Below, in pieces: positions 52,675-62,811 of a DNA stretch of 64,000 nt. The DNA is from an uncultured Butyrivibrio sp. GTDB taxonomy: Bacteria > Bacillota > Clostridia > Lachnospirales > Lachnospiraceae. Position numbers and translations under genes: made by a program. The stretch is taken from assembly GCA_964388815.1 (NCBI GenBank), contig CAYMBY010000042.1:7-64006 (forward strand). The letters are read 5' to 3'. Each line of letters starts with the position of its first letter. Position 1 is the first letter of the stretch. The notes beneath the pieces are model-generated. The model made no database searches. It worked only from the letters and a program-made list of their open reading frames with translations, and was not told the origin of the DNA.

Positions 52675-53271
52675 TCATTTCTTTACAAAACCGCTGCTGC
52701 CTTCGTCTCCGCCATAACTGTACCAGACTTTTCCGATGATGGCAGACAGTTTCACCGCACCGATATTGGCACTTCTGGAATCCTCACTGCTGTTCCGGTT
52801 ATCTCCGAGCACGAAATACTCGTCATCGCCAAGTTTTATTGCATTTGATGCAATTCCTGCATCTTCCATTTTATCATAAATGGAGTTTTCCGTATTCTGC
52901 TCTGTTCCGTTGATATAAAGAATACCATCCTTGATCTGTACCGTATCCCCCGGAACAGCAACCACTCTCTTGATATAATTATGAGAATTGGCATTTCCGT
53001 TGGGTAAAAAGGCAATAATATCGTCTTTTTTCGGAGAAGAAAGTTTATAGGCAATCCGGTTGATCAGGACACTCTGCCCGTGATAAAGTGTCGGCTCCAT
53101 GGAATCTCCGATTACCTTCGTTTTCGTTCCGAAAGCCATTACCACCAGAAGTGCAACAAATACTGCTACAAATGTATAGAAAATCCAGGAAAAGACCTCT
53201 CGGATCATTTCCGGTGTAATTGTCTTTTTCTTTTTATAATACAATAACTGTTTTCTTCTGCTCCTGAACAT
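52675..53271 (-). CDS. lepB: signal peptidase I (copy 1)
   Basis: GDSMEPT, IKRVVAVPGD, GDNRNSSEDSR. Confidence 0.93.
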   Translation of the reverse strand: MFRSRRKQLLYYKKKKTITPEMIREVFSWIFYTFVAVFVALLVVMAFGTKTKVIGDSMEPTLYHGQSVLINRIAYKLSSPKKDDIIAFLPNGNANSHNYIKRVVAVPGDTVQIKDGILYINGTEQNTENSIYDKMEDAGIASNAIKLGDDEYFVLGDNRNSSEDSRSANIGAVKLSAIIGKVWYSYGGDEGSSGFVKK

Positions 53272-53291
53272 GATCACTCCCATTAAAACAG

Positions 53292-53322
53292 AAAGGGCAA
53301 TTACCGTGAAGTAACTGCCCTT
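53292..53322 (-). terminator. terminator after rplS
   Basis: Minus strand AAGGGCAGTTAC...GTAATTGCCCTTT. Confidence 0.65.
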
Positions 53323-53335
53323 ATCGTTCGGAAAC

Positions 53336-53683
53336 TTATTTAATAACTTCCTTGATCTTTGCTTTCTTACCTGTCAGACCCTTAAGGTAATTCAGCTTAG
53401 CTCTTCTTACGCGGCCATGTCTTACAACTTCAACCTTCTCAACGAGAGGGGAATGAAGCGGCCATGTCTTTTCAACACCGACACCGTAAGCTTCTTTTCT
53501 TACTGTGAAGGTTACACGGTTTGCACCACCCTGAATCTTCTTAACTGTTCCTTCGAAAACCTGTACTCTTTCACGGTTTCCTTCTTTGATCTTAGCGTAT
53601 ACCTTAACTGTATCGCCAGTGTTGAACTCAGGTGCGTTTGCGTTTAACTGCTCTTTTTCGATGTCTTCAATAATTGTTCCCAT
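53336..53683 (-). CDS. rplS: 50S ribosomal protein L19
   Basis: [40 protein letters not shown]. Confidence 0.98.
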   Translation of the reverse strand: MGTIIEDIEKEQLNANAPEFNTGDTVKVYAKIKEGNRERVQVFEGTVKKIQGGANRVTFTVRKEAYGVGVEKTWPLHSPLVEKVEVVRHGRVRRAKLNYLKGLTGKKAKIKEVIK

Positions 53684-53702
53684 ATCTTTTCTCCTATTCG
53701 AT

Positions 53703-53742
53703 GGACGTTCTTAATACCCGTAATCAGTAACAGAGGACCGTC
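53703..53742 (-). ncRNA. L19 leader-like hairpin in the rplS 5' UTR
   Basis: Minus strand GACGGTCCTCTG...AAGAACGTCC bulged stem between a TTGACG/TATATT promoter and the RBS. Confidence 0.6.
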
Positions 53743-53839
53743 TATAATCACAACGCATTATAATATATCACAGGAAAGGCCATACCGTCAAGTATTTTGT
53801 ATTGACAACACAGTCTTTCCGGAAGCTTCAGGCTCCTGA

Positions 53840-54772
53840 TTATTTGGATTTGATAAACGGTTTGCCGTTTGCAGCAGGAACTCTTGACTTGCCGACAAAC
53901 AGAACCAGCGCAAGGATTGTCACAATATAAGGAATCATGGATATGATATTCGGAGAAACAATATTGTTCTGTCCGATCAGTGACTTAAGTCCGTTGCAGA
54001 ATCCGAAAATCAGACATCCGATCAGGGCGCCCTGCGGGTTGAACTTGCCGAAAATAACAGCAGCAATTGCGATAAAGCCCTGTCCTACGATAACGCTCGG
54101 ACGGAACTGGCTGACAGTGGAAAGTGTAACAAATGCACCGCCAAGTCCTGCAAGAAAGCCTGAGGTAATTACACAGACATAACGTACTCTGCGCACATTG
54201 ATACCAAGCGTTTCGCAGGCTTCCGGATGTTCACCGGCTGCACGCAGCTTCATTCCGAATCTGGTCTTGAAGAAAATGAACCATACAATCAGTACCAGCA
54301 GGAAGCTTAAATATGCTGCGGAATAAGTGGAAATAACATTATAGCCAAAGGATCCTGCCGGGAAAACACCATCAAACATCTTGGGCAGCTTGCTGGCCGG
54401 ATCAAGTGACGGTGAATCCGAGGAATTGTCAAACATCGCCTTGCAGAGGAATACTGCAAGACCGGGGCCGATAAAGTTAATGGCTGTACCGGCAATGGTC
54501 TGATCTGCATTATAGGTAATGCACAGTACGGCATGCAGTACGCCGAATGCCGCGCCGGAAAGGCCTCCGCATAAGAAACCAAGCCAGCCGTTTCCTGTAT
54601 AATATGCGACAACAGCGCCGACAAATGCGCCGATGGTCATCATTCCTTCAATACCGATATTGATGACACCGCTTCGTTCTGAGAAGCAGGATCCGAGTGC
54701 TGCCAGTAAAAGAGGCGGCGTACATACCAGCATTGCATTAATCATCAGTCCGAGAATTGTAGTAATATTCAT
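53840..54772 (-). CDS. nucleoside ABC transporter permease (NupC/YufQ-like)
   Basis: SERSGVINIGIEG, RAAGEHP, GQGFIAIAAVIFG. Confidence 0.9.
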   Translation of the reverse strand: MNITTILGLMINAMLVCTPPLLLAALGSCFSERSGVINIGIEGMMTIGAFVGAVVAYYTGNGWLGFLCGGLSGAAFGVLHAVLCITYNADQTIAGTAINFIGPGLAVFLCKAMFDNSSDSPSLDPASKLPKMFDGVFPAGSFGYNVISTYSAAYLSFLLVLIVWFIFFKTRFGMKLRAAGEHPEACETLGINVRRVRYVCVITSGFLAGLGGAFVTLSTVSQFRPSVIVGQGFIAIAAVIFGKFNPQGALIGCLIFGFCNGLKSLIGQNNIVSPNIISMIPYIVTILALVLFVGKSRVPAANGKPFIKSK

Positions 54773-55839
54773 CAGTTGTTACCTCCCTTTCCCCTTGTGA
54801 GTAATGCTTTGAAAACATGGGAGATCGCAATGAATACGATAATCGTACCCATGATAATGTTGATTACTTCTGACGGCACGTTTACCATCGTAAGTTTATT
54901 TCCGCCATACTTCATGGCACCATAGAACAGTCCTGCAAAAATACATCCGACAGGATTGGATGCACCGATCAGAGCAACGGTAATTCCCTGGAATCCGTAC
55001 TGCTCCTGTGCAGCAAACTGAGAGATTCTGTCTCCCATACCCATAACCTGTGTTGCTCCGCCAAGACCTGCAAGGGCACCGGAAATCATCATGGAGATCA
55101 TGAAAATCCGGTTGGAGCTGATTCCCGCATATTCTGCTGCGGTTTTGCTGTAGCCGACTGCACGCAGCTGAAAACCAAGTGTCGTCTTCTCCATGATAAA
55201 CCAGACAAGAACTGCAGCACCGATTGCCAGAAGAATACCCCAGTTGGAATCCGTGCATTTGGTCAGTGCCGTGATCCACAGCGGAACAGACATATGTGCA
55301 CTGTCCAGAATATCCTTTGTTGCTTCTCCGCCACCGGTACGGTGAACCGCTTCCAGATTAACCACGTAATTGGAAAGATAAAATGCAATCCAGTTAAACA
55401 TAATGTAAGAAAGAACTTCGTTGATTCCTTTTTTGATTTTCAGGAATCCAACGATTCCGCCCCAGATCACACCTGCTCCTGCTGCAGCAAGAAGACACAG
55501 CAGAATATGAAGCGGTGCCGGTACATCAACGAAAATACCAACGATGCAGGCTGCAAGGGACCCGACTACAAACTGGCCTTCTGCACCGATATTGAATACG
55601 CCGGTTTTGAAGGAAAATGCAACACTGAGTCCGGTCAGAATCAGAGGGCTCGCGTAAATTATGCTGTAAACAATAAACTTCGGTTTGCCGAAAACACCTG
55701 CAAGAAGTGTGGAATAAACAACTCCGGGGTTATCTCCGATCATCAGAAGAAGAATTGCTCCGACCAGAAACCCGATTACAATTGCGATCAGCGTATAAAG
55801 GGCATTACTCTCAAGTATGCTTCCTGATTTTTTATTCAT
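54772..55839 (-). CDS. nucleoside ABC transporter permease (NupB/YufP-like)
   Basis: GVFNIGAEGQ, INEVLSYIMFN, GFQLRAVG. Confidence 0.9.
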   Translation of the reverse strand: MNKKSGSILESNALYTLIAIVIGFLVGAILLLMIGDNPGVVYSTLLAGVFGKPKFIVYSIIYASPLILTGLSVAFSFKTGVFNIGAEGQFVVGSLAACIVGIFVDVPAPLHILLCLLAAAGAGVIWGGIVGFLKIKKGINEVLSYIMFNWIAFYLSNYVVNLEAVHRTGGGEATKDILDSAHMSVPLWITALTKCTDSNWGILLAIGAAVLVWFIMEKTTLGFQLRAVGYSKTAAEYAGISSNRIFMISMMISGALAGLGGATQVMGMGDRISQFAAQEQYGFQGITVALIGASNPVGCIFAGLFYGAMKYGGNKLTMVNVPSEVINIIMGTIIVFIAISHVFKALLTRGKGGNN

Positions 55840-57376
55840 CTTTGTGTCCTCCCGCCATCATAAAGCCAAGTGTATTTTCATCTGCATTCTTACCTTCCAT
55901 GCTGCCTACGACCTGACCGTCAAAGATAACGTCGATGATATCCGAGAGGCCCATGATCTCATCAAGTTCAAATGAAACCAGAAGAATGGCTCTGTTTTTA
56001 TCCCTTTGCTGTACCAGATACTTATGAACGAATTCAATTGCGCCGACATCAAGTCCTCTTGTCGGATTAAATGCAATCATCAGTTCCGAATCATTGGTGA
56101 CTTCACGTGCAATAATCACCTTCTGCTGATTACCACCGGAAAGCTGACCGGCAAGTCTTGTTTCACATCCGACAGGTCTGATATCGAACTCCTTGATCAG
56201 TTCTGTTGCATGTGCAGAAATCTGATCTTTCTGAAGGATTCCCTTTTTGGCAAACGGCTCTTTCTCGAAATTCTGAAGTACAAGATTTTCCGCAACGGTA
56301 AAGTCCAGAATAAGTCCGTGCTTCTGTCTGTCCTCGGGAATACTGGTAATGCCCTTTTCAAAAATAAACTTCGGGGACTTGTTTACCACGTTTTCGCCGT
56401 TCATCAGCACTTCTCCGGATTCTGCCTTTGCCAGACCTGTCAGGATTTCAACAAGTTCTGACTGACCGTTTCCGTCAACGCCGGCAAGACCGACAATTTC
56501 ACCTTTTCTGACTTTCAGATTCAGGCCCTTGAGGATATCAACACCGCGGTAATCCTTTGCGCGAAGGTCCCTGACTTCCAGAACCACATCACCGGGCTGC
56601 TGGTCTTTTTTCTCCACATTAAAGTTAACCTTACGGCCTACCATCATGGATGCAAGCTCATCTTCACTTGTCTCCTCGACGTTTACCGTATCGATATATT
56701 TACCGCGTCTGATGATGGTGCAGTTATCTGCCGCCATCTTGATTTCCTTCAGCTTATGGGTGATCAGGATGACAGATTTGCCATCGGCCGTCATATTCTG
56801 AATGATCTCCATCAGCTCTGTGATTTCCTGTGGCGTCAGTGATGCCGTAGGCTCATCCAGAATCAGAATGTTGGCGCCTCTGTACAGCACCTTCAGAATT
56901 TCGACACGCTGCTGCATGCCGACACTGATATCCTCAACTTTGGCATCAGGATCAACCTTCAGATTATATTTATCAGAAAGCTCCATAATCTGCTTTCTTG
57001 CCGTCGGAATATCTACCACCATTCCCTTCATGGGTTCCATGCCGAGAATAATATTTTCAGTAACAGTAAACGGCTGCACCAGCATGAAATGCTGATGTAC
57101 CATACCGATACCGAGTGAAATGGCCTTCTGCGGATTATCAATATCCACTTCTTTGCCATTGATTTCAATGGTACCTGATGTCTGATGATACATACCGTAC
57201 AGTACATTCATAAGTGTACTTTTTCCGGCGCCGTTCTCCCCGAGAATGGCATGAACTTCACCCTTATGAACTGTAAGATTAATGTGATCATTTGCTGTGA
57301 AATCGCCGAATTTTTTGACGATGTCTTTCATTTGGATGACAATCTGACTTGCATCCTGATTGCTTTTTTTCGCCAC
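55832..57376 (-). CDS. nucleoside ABC transporter double-domain ATPase (NupA/YufO-like)
   Basis: GENGAGKST, MVHQHFMLV, LSGGNQQK, PTRGLDVGA; GTG start after GGAGG. Confidence 0.92.
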   Translation of the reverse strand: MAKKSNQDASQIVIQMKDIVKKFGDFTANDHINLTVHKGEVHAILGENGAGKSTLMNVLYGMYHQTSGTIEINGKEVDIDNPQKAISLGIGMVHQHFMLVQPFTVTENIILGMEPMKGMVVDIPTARKQIMELSDKYNLKVDPDAKVEDISVGMQQRVEILKVLYRGANILILDEPTASLTPQEITELMEIIQNMTADGKSVILITHKLKEIKMAADNCTIIRRGKYIDTVNVEETSEDELASMMVGRKVNFNVEKKDQQPGDVVLEVRDLRAKDYRGVDILKGLNLKVRKGEIVGLAGVDGNGQSELVEILTGLAKAESGEVLMNGENVVNKSPKFIFEKGITSIPEDRQKHGLILDFTVAENLVLQNFEKEPFAKKGILQKDQISAHATELIKEFDIRPVGCETRLAGQLSGGNQQKVIIAREVTNDSELMIAFNPTRGLDVGAIEFVHKYLVQQRDKNRAILLVSFELDEIMGLSDIIDVIFDGQVVGSMEGKNADENTLGFMMAGGHKDE

Positions 57377-57394
57377 GTCTGTGCCTCCCAATGG

Positions 57395-58255
57395 TTAGAT
57401 TATTATGATGTCCCTCATACCTTCACTTCGTGCTGTTTCTGCAAGCTGCTGCATAAAAGCTGCCGATGGAACCGTAAGATGCGAATACTCCTTACGGACA
57501 CCCATCGGTCTGTAGCTGATGATCTTATATCTGATCGGTGAAAAATTCAGATATGGCTTAAGTGCATGCGCAGTTTCACGGATCGTCTGTTCACAGTCAA
57601 ACAGGTCCGGAGCAACCACTGTGCGCACTTCGTACAGCTTTTTCTTCTCAGCTAAGTATATCATGTTTTTCAGTACTGTACCATTATCCGTGCCTGTCAC
57701 ACGAATATGGTCTTCCCTGCTCCAGGCCTTGATGTCCAGCATGACACCATCCGTTACATCCAGAAGTTCCGGGTACTCCTGAAACAGAAGTGAACCGTTA
57801 CTGTCCAGAAGTGTTGTCAGGCCGATTTTCCTGCATTTGCCAAGCAACTGCGTCAGAAATTCCGGATAAGTTGTACATTCTCCCCCGGATACCGTCATTC
57901 CCCGAATAAAAGGCATCTGTGCGGAAACTTCTCTGCACACTTCATCTGAAGTCATCCACTGAATTCTCGGACTTGCATCATTTCTGCAGGTTCGGATACA
58001 GGTATCGCATCTGCAGCAGAGCGAAGGATCATACTTTACTTTACCATTCTGTATCGACAACGCATGCGTCGGGCATTTCGGAACGCAGGCACCGCAGTCC
58101 GTGCACATTTTTCTGGTCTCCGGATTATGACAGTATTTACAGTCAAACCCGCAGCTCTGCAGAAATACCACGGAACGGTTTCCAGGTCCGTCAACTGAAC
58201 TGAATGGAAGAATTCTGTTGACCGGAACCCGTATTGCTTTTTCAGTATCAGTCAA
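57395..58255 (-). CDS. yjjW: YjjW-family glycyl-radical enzyme activase (radical SAM + extra 2x4Fe-4S insert)
   Basis: SSVDGPGNR, CGFDCKYCHNPE, CTDCGACVPKC / CCRCDTCIRTC, SGGEC; about 286 aa from a TTG start. Confidence 0.88.
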   Translation of the reverse strand: MTDTEKAIRVPVNRILPFSSVDGPGNRSVVFLQSCGFDCKYCHNPETRKMCTDCGACVPKCPTHALSIQNGKVKYDPSLCCRCDTCIRTCRNDASPRIQWMTSDEVCREVSAQMPFIRGMTVSGGECTTYPEFLTQLLGKCRKIGLTTLLDSNGSLLFQEYPELLDVTDGVMLDIKAWSREDHIRVTGTDNGTVLKNMIYLAEKKKLYEVRTVVAPDLFDCEQTIRETAHALKPYLNFSPIRYKIISYRPMGVRKEYSHLTVPSAAFMQQLAETARSEGMRDIIII

Positions 58256-58256
58256 A

Positions 58257-59804
58257 TCAGCGTACTTTCCTTTCCAGGATATGACCGTTATGCTTTGCGC
58301 CCATACCAAGTGCCGTGGTATCATGCTTTACATTTTCGCCATGCTCCAGTTTCTCAATTTCGGATTTTTTCACAAGATAACCGGTAATACGAATCACATC
58401 ACTGTCTGAGCCATAGAAGGAAAGGTATCGGATTCCTTCTTTCATCGAGCCCTTGATAATGTCCATGACATATTCCGGATTTCTGTGTACCGTTGCATCG
58501 ATCGGGAAAATATCGCCTGTTCCTGACGGGAAGTATTTATGGAATCTCTCGCAGTGACGTAAATGATCAATGAGTTCTTCCGGTTCCTCACCGATCGGAA
58601 TGCGGGTTCCAGGCGTGACTCCTTCATCAGAAGCAATGCCAACCTGTGCATGCAGCAGGAAATGACCTCCGGTTGCTTCACAGTATTTATTTTCATGATT
58701 CTGATTGAACTGTGCAATGCGGTCCATAATACGGACACCCAGATCGTCAGCTTCATGATCATGACCGTAACGAAGATTTCTGCCTTCCTTCTCCATCAGA
58801 ATATCCACCGCTTCTGCCATGCCCACAAGTCCGAACATTGCCGTAAATTTATCTCTGTGAATAAAGCCTTCCTTTGCAAGGAAGCTGTTCTCAAAGAATC
58901 CGCTTTCCTCCACTTCGAAACGGATCCGTTCATCCATGTAATCTGCCATTACCTGGCAGACATACGGCAGTTCTCTGTCAAGAAAGTCATCAATTCCGGA
59001 TGCTCTCTTCGCAATATTTCCAAGAATCAGCCTGGATAAGGTATAGGATCCGCCGCCATATTTAAGTCCGTTATAGCAGCTGGCAATCACATAATCCTCA
59101 TTCAGTTCGCTGACAAACATCTTATGATTGGCAAAGCTCGGCTTTGCACTGTGAAGCGCAGTAACAACGCATTCACGAAGGAATTCATCCGAAGTCAGAT
59201 CTGCATCATATTTCATGGAAAGATTCGGGACAGCGTCCTGCATCTGACCGATCACCCGCAGAATGATACTGCCCGCTTTGGTTGCCTTCGGTCCGATGTT
59301 GGCATGACTGAAGGAGTCCAGAATTGTTCTGTCCATATGAATCAGGAACAGACGGATGATCTTCTCTGCCTCTTTTTCATCCATATCCTGTACGTAGGGA
59401 TCAAGCAGCTGATCGAGCGCGCCGACATAAACAGGATAATTGGTAACGCTTGGAACATGTTTGTAGAAAATAAGAAGGCTGTTAACTGCTTCGTAAAGAT
59501 CTTTCGGCGGATCCAGCTGAAGGAATGTACTGCCCTCCTTCAGAAACTTCTCATAATCCGGCACGATATATCTCGGGCGAAGCGGTGCATGTCCCTCTGA
59601 AAGATCACAGATACACTGTCTGTCAATCGGCTGATTCAGCAGTTCATCCAGTCCATCGGGAAGATTCAGTACTTCCAGAAGAGAATCCGCCAGATTTGCC
59701 ATTGTGGCAACTTTCTGTTCATGTGTCAGAACCGGACTTTCCACCGTTTCCAACATCTGCTTTCTGGTTCTTTCCACCCGTTCCATACTGATTTCTCTCA
59801 TCAT
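58257..59804 (-). CDS. yjjI: YjjI-family glycyl-radical enzyme (DUF3029)
   Basis: ICDLSEGHAPLRPRY, HVPSVT, HANIGP, ASCYNGL, LHAQVGI, PGTRIPIGEEP, Gly loop RITGYLVK; about 515 aa; paired with an activase. Confidence 0.88.
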   Translation of the reverse strand: MMREISMERVERTRKQMLETVESPVLTHEQKVATMANLADSLLEVLNLPDGLDELLNQPIDRQCICDLSEGHAPLRPRYIVPDYEKFLKEGSTFLQLDPPKDLYEAVNSLLIFYKHVPSVTNYPVYVGALDQLLDPYVQDMDEKEAEKIIRLFLIHMDRTILDSFSHANIGPKATKAGSIILRVIGQMQDAVPNLSMKYDADLTSDEFLRECVVTALHSAKPSFANHKMFVSELNEDYVIASCYNGLKYGGGSYTLSRLILGNIAKRASGIDDFLDRELPYVCQVMADYMDERIRFEVEESGFFENSFLAKEGFIHRDKFTAMFGLVGMAEAVDILMEKEGRNLRYGHDHEADDLGVRIMDRIAQFNQNHENKYCEATGGHFLLHAQVGIASDEGVTPGTRIPIGEEPEELIDHLRHCERFHKYFPSGTGDIFPIDATVHRNPEYVMDIIKGSMKEGIRYLSFYGSDSDVIRITGYLVKKSEIEKLEHGENVKHDTTALGMGAKHNGHILERKVR

Positions 59805-59903
59805 ATGCACCACACTTTCTTTTTTTCTGGGAAAAACGGAGCAGAACATTATCTGTCCTGCCCCGCATCAAATAGCTTATTGATTTGACTTTAGTTACAG
59901 TAA

Positions 59904-61040
59904 TCAGTCATCAAGTTCGTATACATCGCCATATTTAGCTTCGAAATCAGCCTTTGTCTTCGGAACAGTAATTTCTCCGGAGATAATCTTGGCCTTTACA
60001 TCGTTAACCTTTGTCAGAACATCTGCAGGGATGTTATCTGTTGTAGGAGCGATATCAACACCGGAATCAGCAAGTGTATAGGTAACAACGCCGCCCTTGT
60101 ATGATCCTTCAGCACCAAGCTTTGCAGCATCATATACTGCATTATCAACACGCTTCATGGCAGATGTCAGGATAGTCTTGGGAGCGATGGAACTCTGGTC
60201 GGAGTCAACACCGATTGCCCAGATTCCAGCTTCCTGGCAGGCATCAATAACACCAAGTCCTGTACCACCGGCTGCATGGAAGATTACATCTGCGCCCTGT
60301 GCAACCATGTTGTTTGCAGCAGTCTTGCCGGCAGCTGTATCAGAGAAGCTGTTTGCATTGGTCTGCAGAACCTTTACCTTCGGGTTGGCATCGATAGCAC
60401 CTGCAAGGTAGCCATATCCGAACTCGTTCATGGTGTCTGTTGACATACCAAGTACGAAACCGATTGTATTGCTCTTTGTTGTAAGACCTGCAACATAACC
60501 TACAAGGTAGGAAGCCTGGGACTGCTCGAACATCAGGCATGTTACATTCGGAAGATCTGCATTGGAAGAATCATCAACGATTGCGAAATGTGTATCCGGG
60601 TTGGCTGTTGCTTCTTCTTTCAGCGCATCAGCCAGCTGATATCCGATACAAACGATCAGATCGTAATCCTGGTCAATGAAGTTCTCAATGTTGGGCTTGT
60701 AATCAGCATCTGTCTTGGATTCCTGATAGTTTGCTGTGATTCCCAGTTCGGAAGCTGCCTTTTCAGCGCCTTCCCATGCGGACTGGTTGAAGGAACCATC
60801 ATGAATACCGCCGACATCTGTTACGATACCGATCTTGAAGTCCTTGTTTACTGATGCGGATGCATCTGATGCACTTGCATCTGTTGAAGCAGCGTCTGTG
60901 GATGCAGCTTCTGTTGTTGCTGATACTTCTGTACTGGCAGCTGCCGTAGATGTCTCAGTGCTGCTTGTGGATGAACCGCATGCGGCAAGAGAGCAGACCA
61001 TCATGGTGCTCATCAGTACTGCAAATAATTTCTTTTTCAT
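59904..61040 (-). CDS. BMP-family nucleoside-binding lipoprotein
   Basis: Lipobox LAAC, DGSFNQSAWEG, ADVIFHAAG, IGVDSDQ, SAMKRVD. Confidence 0.92.
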   Translation of the reverse strand: MKKKLFAVLMSTMMVCSLAACGSSTSSTETSTAAASTEVSATTEAASTDAASTDASASDASASVNKDFKIGIVTDVGGIHDGSFNQSAWEGAEKAASELGITANYQESKTDADYKPNIENFIDQDYDLIVCIGYQLADALKEEATANPDTHFAIVDDSSNADLPNVTCLMFEQSQASYLVGYVAGLTTKSNTIGFVLGMSTDTMNEFGYGYLAGAIDANPKVKVLQTNANSFSDTAAGKTAANNMVAQGADVIFHAAGGTGLGVIDACQEAGIWAIGVDSDQSSIAPKTILTSAMKRVDNAVYDAAKLGAEGSYKGGVVTYTLADSGVDIAPTTDNIPADVLTKVNDVKAKIISGEITVPKTKADFEAKYGDVYELDD

Positions 61041-61097
61041 AAAGAAATCCTCCTTGTAATATGTAAAACCCTTGATTGGGTTTTATCCGGTAAAAAA

Positions 61098-61874
61098 CTA
61101 TCTTTGATCTTCTCTGATCAGAATTCTGGTTGCCTCTACTGCTGTTCTGATTGCGATTTCCGTATCATGCGCCTGCGGATTGGAAAGGCCTTTTTTCGCT
61201 CTTTCCTGATTGGCTACAACAAGAAGAACGGTTCCGACCCTGACTCTGAGTGTACTGCCGACAATAAACAATGCTGCAGACTCCATCTCGGATGCAAGTG
61301 CTCCGCATCTGATCCACGCATCCCATTTATTCAGAAGTTCGTAGCCGACCGGCTTTTTCTCCGGCTCATGCTGACCATAAAAAGAATCCTTACATTCAAC
61401 AACACCGATGTGATAAGGATATTTCAGCTGCCGTGCTGCCTGCTCAAGAGCATTCACCACGTGAAAATCCGCAACTGCAGGATACTCGATCGGTGCATAT
61501 TCCTTACTGGTGCCTTCCATACGGATTGCACCGTTTGCGATTACAATATCACCGCCCATCACATCTTCCTGCATACCACCGCAGGTTCCGATCCGGATAA
61601 ATGTTCTCGCGCCGCTTCTGTACAGTTCTTCCATTGCAATAGAAGCTGACGGTCCGCCGATTCCGGTTGAAGTCACACTGACGCGAACGCCGTCAAGTGT
61701 TCCCGTATATGTCGTAAATTCACGATTCTGCGCCATCAGTCTGGCATCGTCAAGAAGCTCTGCGATTTTGGCACATCTTCCGGGATCTCCGGGGAGAATC
61801 ACATATTCTCCAACCATATCAGAGTTGGTATGTGTGTGATACTGAACTCCTGAACCTTCTGTATAATCAACCAT
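61098..61874 (-). CDS. udp: uridine phosphorylase
   Basis: [35 protein letters not shown]. Confidence 0.93.
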   Translation of the reverse strand: MVDYTEGSGVQYHTHTNSDMVGEYVILPGDPGRCAKIAELLDDARLMAQNREFTTYTGTLDGVRVSVTSTGIGGPSASIAMEELYRSGARTFIRIGTCGGMQEDVMGGDIVIANGAIRMEGTSKEYAPIEYPAVADFHVVNALEQAARQLKYPYHIGVVECKDSFYGQHEPEKKPVGYELLNKWDAWIRCGALASEMESAALFIVGSTLRVRVGTVLLVVANQERAKKGLSNPQAHDTEIAIRTAVEATRILIREDQR

Positions 61875-62171
61875 CCGGAAACTCCTTTGCTATATTAACC
61901 ATAACCAATCATAAATTCAACTGCTGACCTGTAAAAGATACTATATTCTGATTGATCAATTTTATTCATTCTTGATTTTTCTTAATTTTGCATATTTATA
62001 TTATAAAACATGCCCCAGAATTTGTCATCCTAAATGTAACGGCAGGACAACTTTTTGCTGACATAATTATGTATATTTATGCATTGCTATTCATGTAAAA
62101 ATATGGCGCACCCAAAAGCGAGTGCGCCGTTGCAGAACGTTATCAATATTACCGCGGAAACCTGTTCCGTG

Positions 62172-62801
62172 TCAATCGTTTTTTGACAAACCTGTCAGAA
62201 CATTCTTCCAGTCATCGGAAGTCTTTCCGGTAAATGCACACCTCACCGTCACACGGCTTTTACCACCGATTGTACATGTGAATACTGTCAGATCCCAGTC
62301 TCCTGCATCCATGGCATCCACGTCAAACGTGTCAATAATTTCCGTTCCGGTTACTTCATAATAAAAGCTTCTTCCGTTCATATCCGTAACAATGACCTGG
62401 TCTCCGCTCTGAAGATTCCTGAGCAGGCCAAAATGCCTTGTATAATTATGCCCGGCAATAATCAGATTATTCTCATAAACAGATCCTTTGTACCTGCAGG
62501 GAGAAACACGAAGATTCATTTTCGACCAGTCCCGCTGGATCGGAAGCTGCAGCCCGAGTGAAGGAATTGAGACCACCCCGATATAGGAATGCCCGTCAAC
62601 ATCCACCGCCGGCATATCTCCGGAGGTATTCCCCTCTCCTGCTGAATTGGACGGAAACTGTGCTTCCACTGCAGAAAGATCCGCTGCCGCATCTTTCCCG
62701 GCACGTTCATCATCCAGATTATTATAGACCACAAGTGCCCCTGCACACAGAATGCAGAGAACACCTATGGTCATCATGATTTTGTTACGATTCAGTTTCA
62801 T
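62172..62801 (-). CDS. sortase (class D-like)
   Basis: N-terminal TM, IAGHN, LTVFTC...R catalytic triad. Confidence 0.88.
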   Translation of the reverse strand: MKLNRNKIMMTIGVLCILCAGALVVYNNLDDERAGKDAAADLSAVEAQFPSNSAGEGNTSGDMPAVDVDGHSYIGVVSIPSLGLQLPIQRDWSKMNLRVSPCRYKGSVYENNLIIAGHNYTRHFGLLRNLQSGDQVIVTDMNGRSFYYEVTGTEIIDTFDVDAMDAGDWDLTVFTCTIGGKSRVTVRCAFTGKTSDDWKNVLTGLSKND

Positions 62802-62811
62802 TCGGCTCCGT

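Noticed and set aside
51171..53271. Two signal peptidases flanking rbgA as a novelty
   Set aside because: Multiple SPase I paralogues near rplS-rbgA-rnhB are common in Clostridia; both have normal Ser/Lys motifs.
61875..62100. Purine or nucleoside riboswitch upstream of udp
   Set aside because: AT-rich promoter-like DNA; no purine aptamer signature or terminator platform seen.
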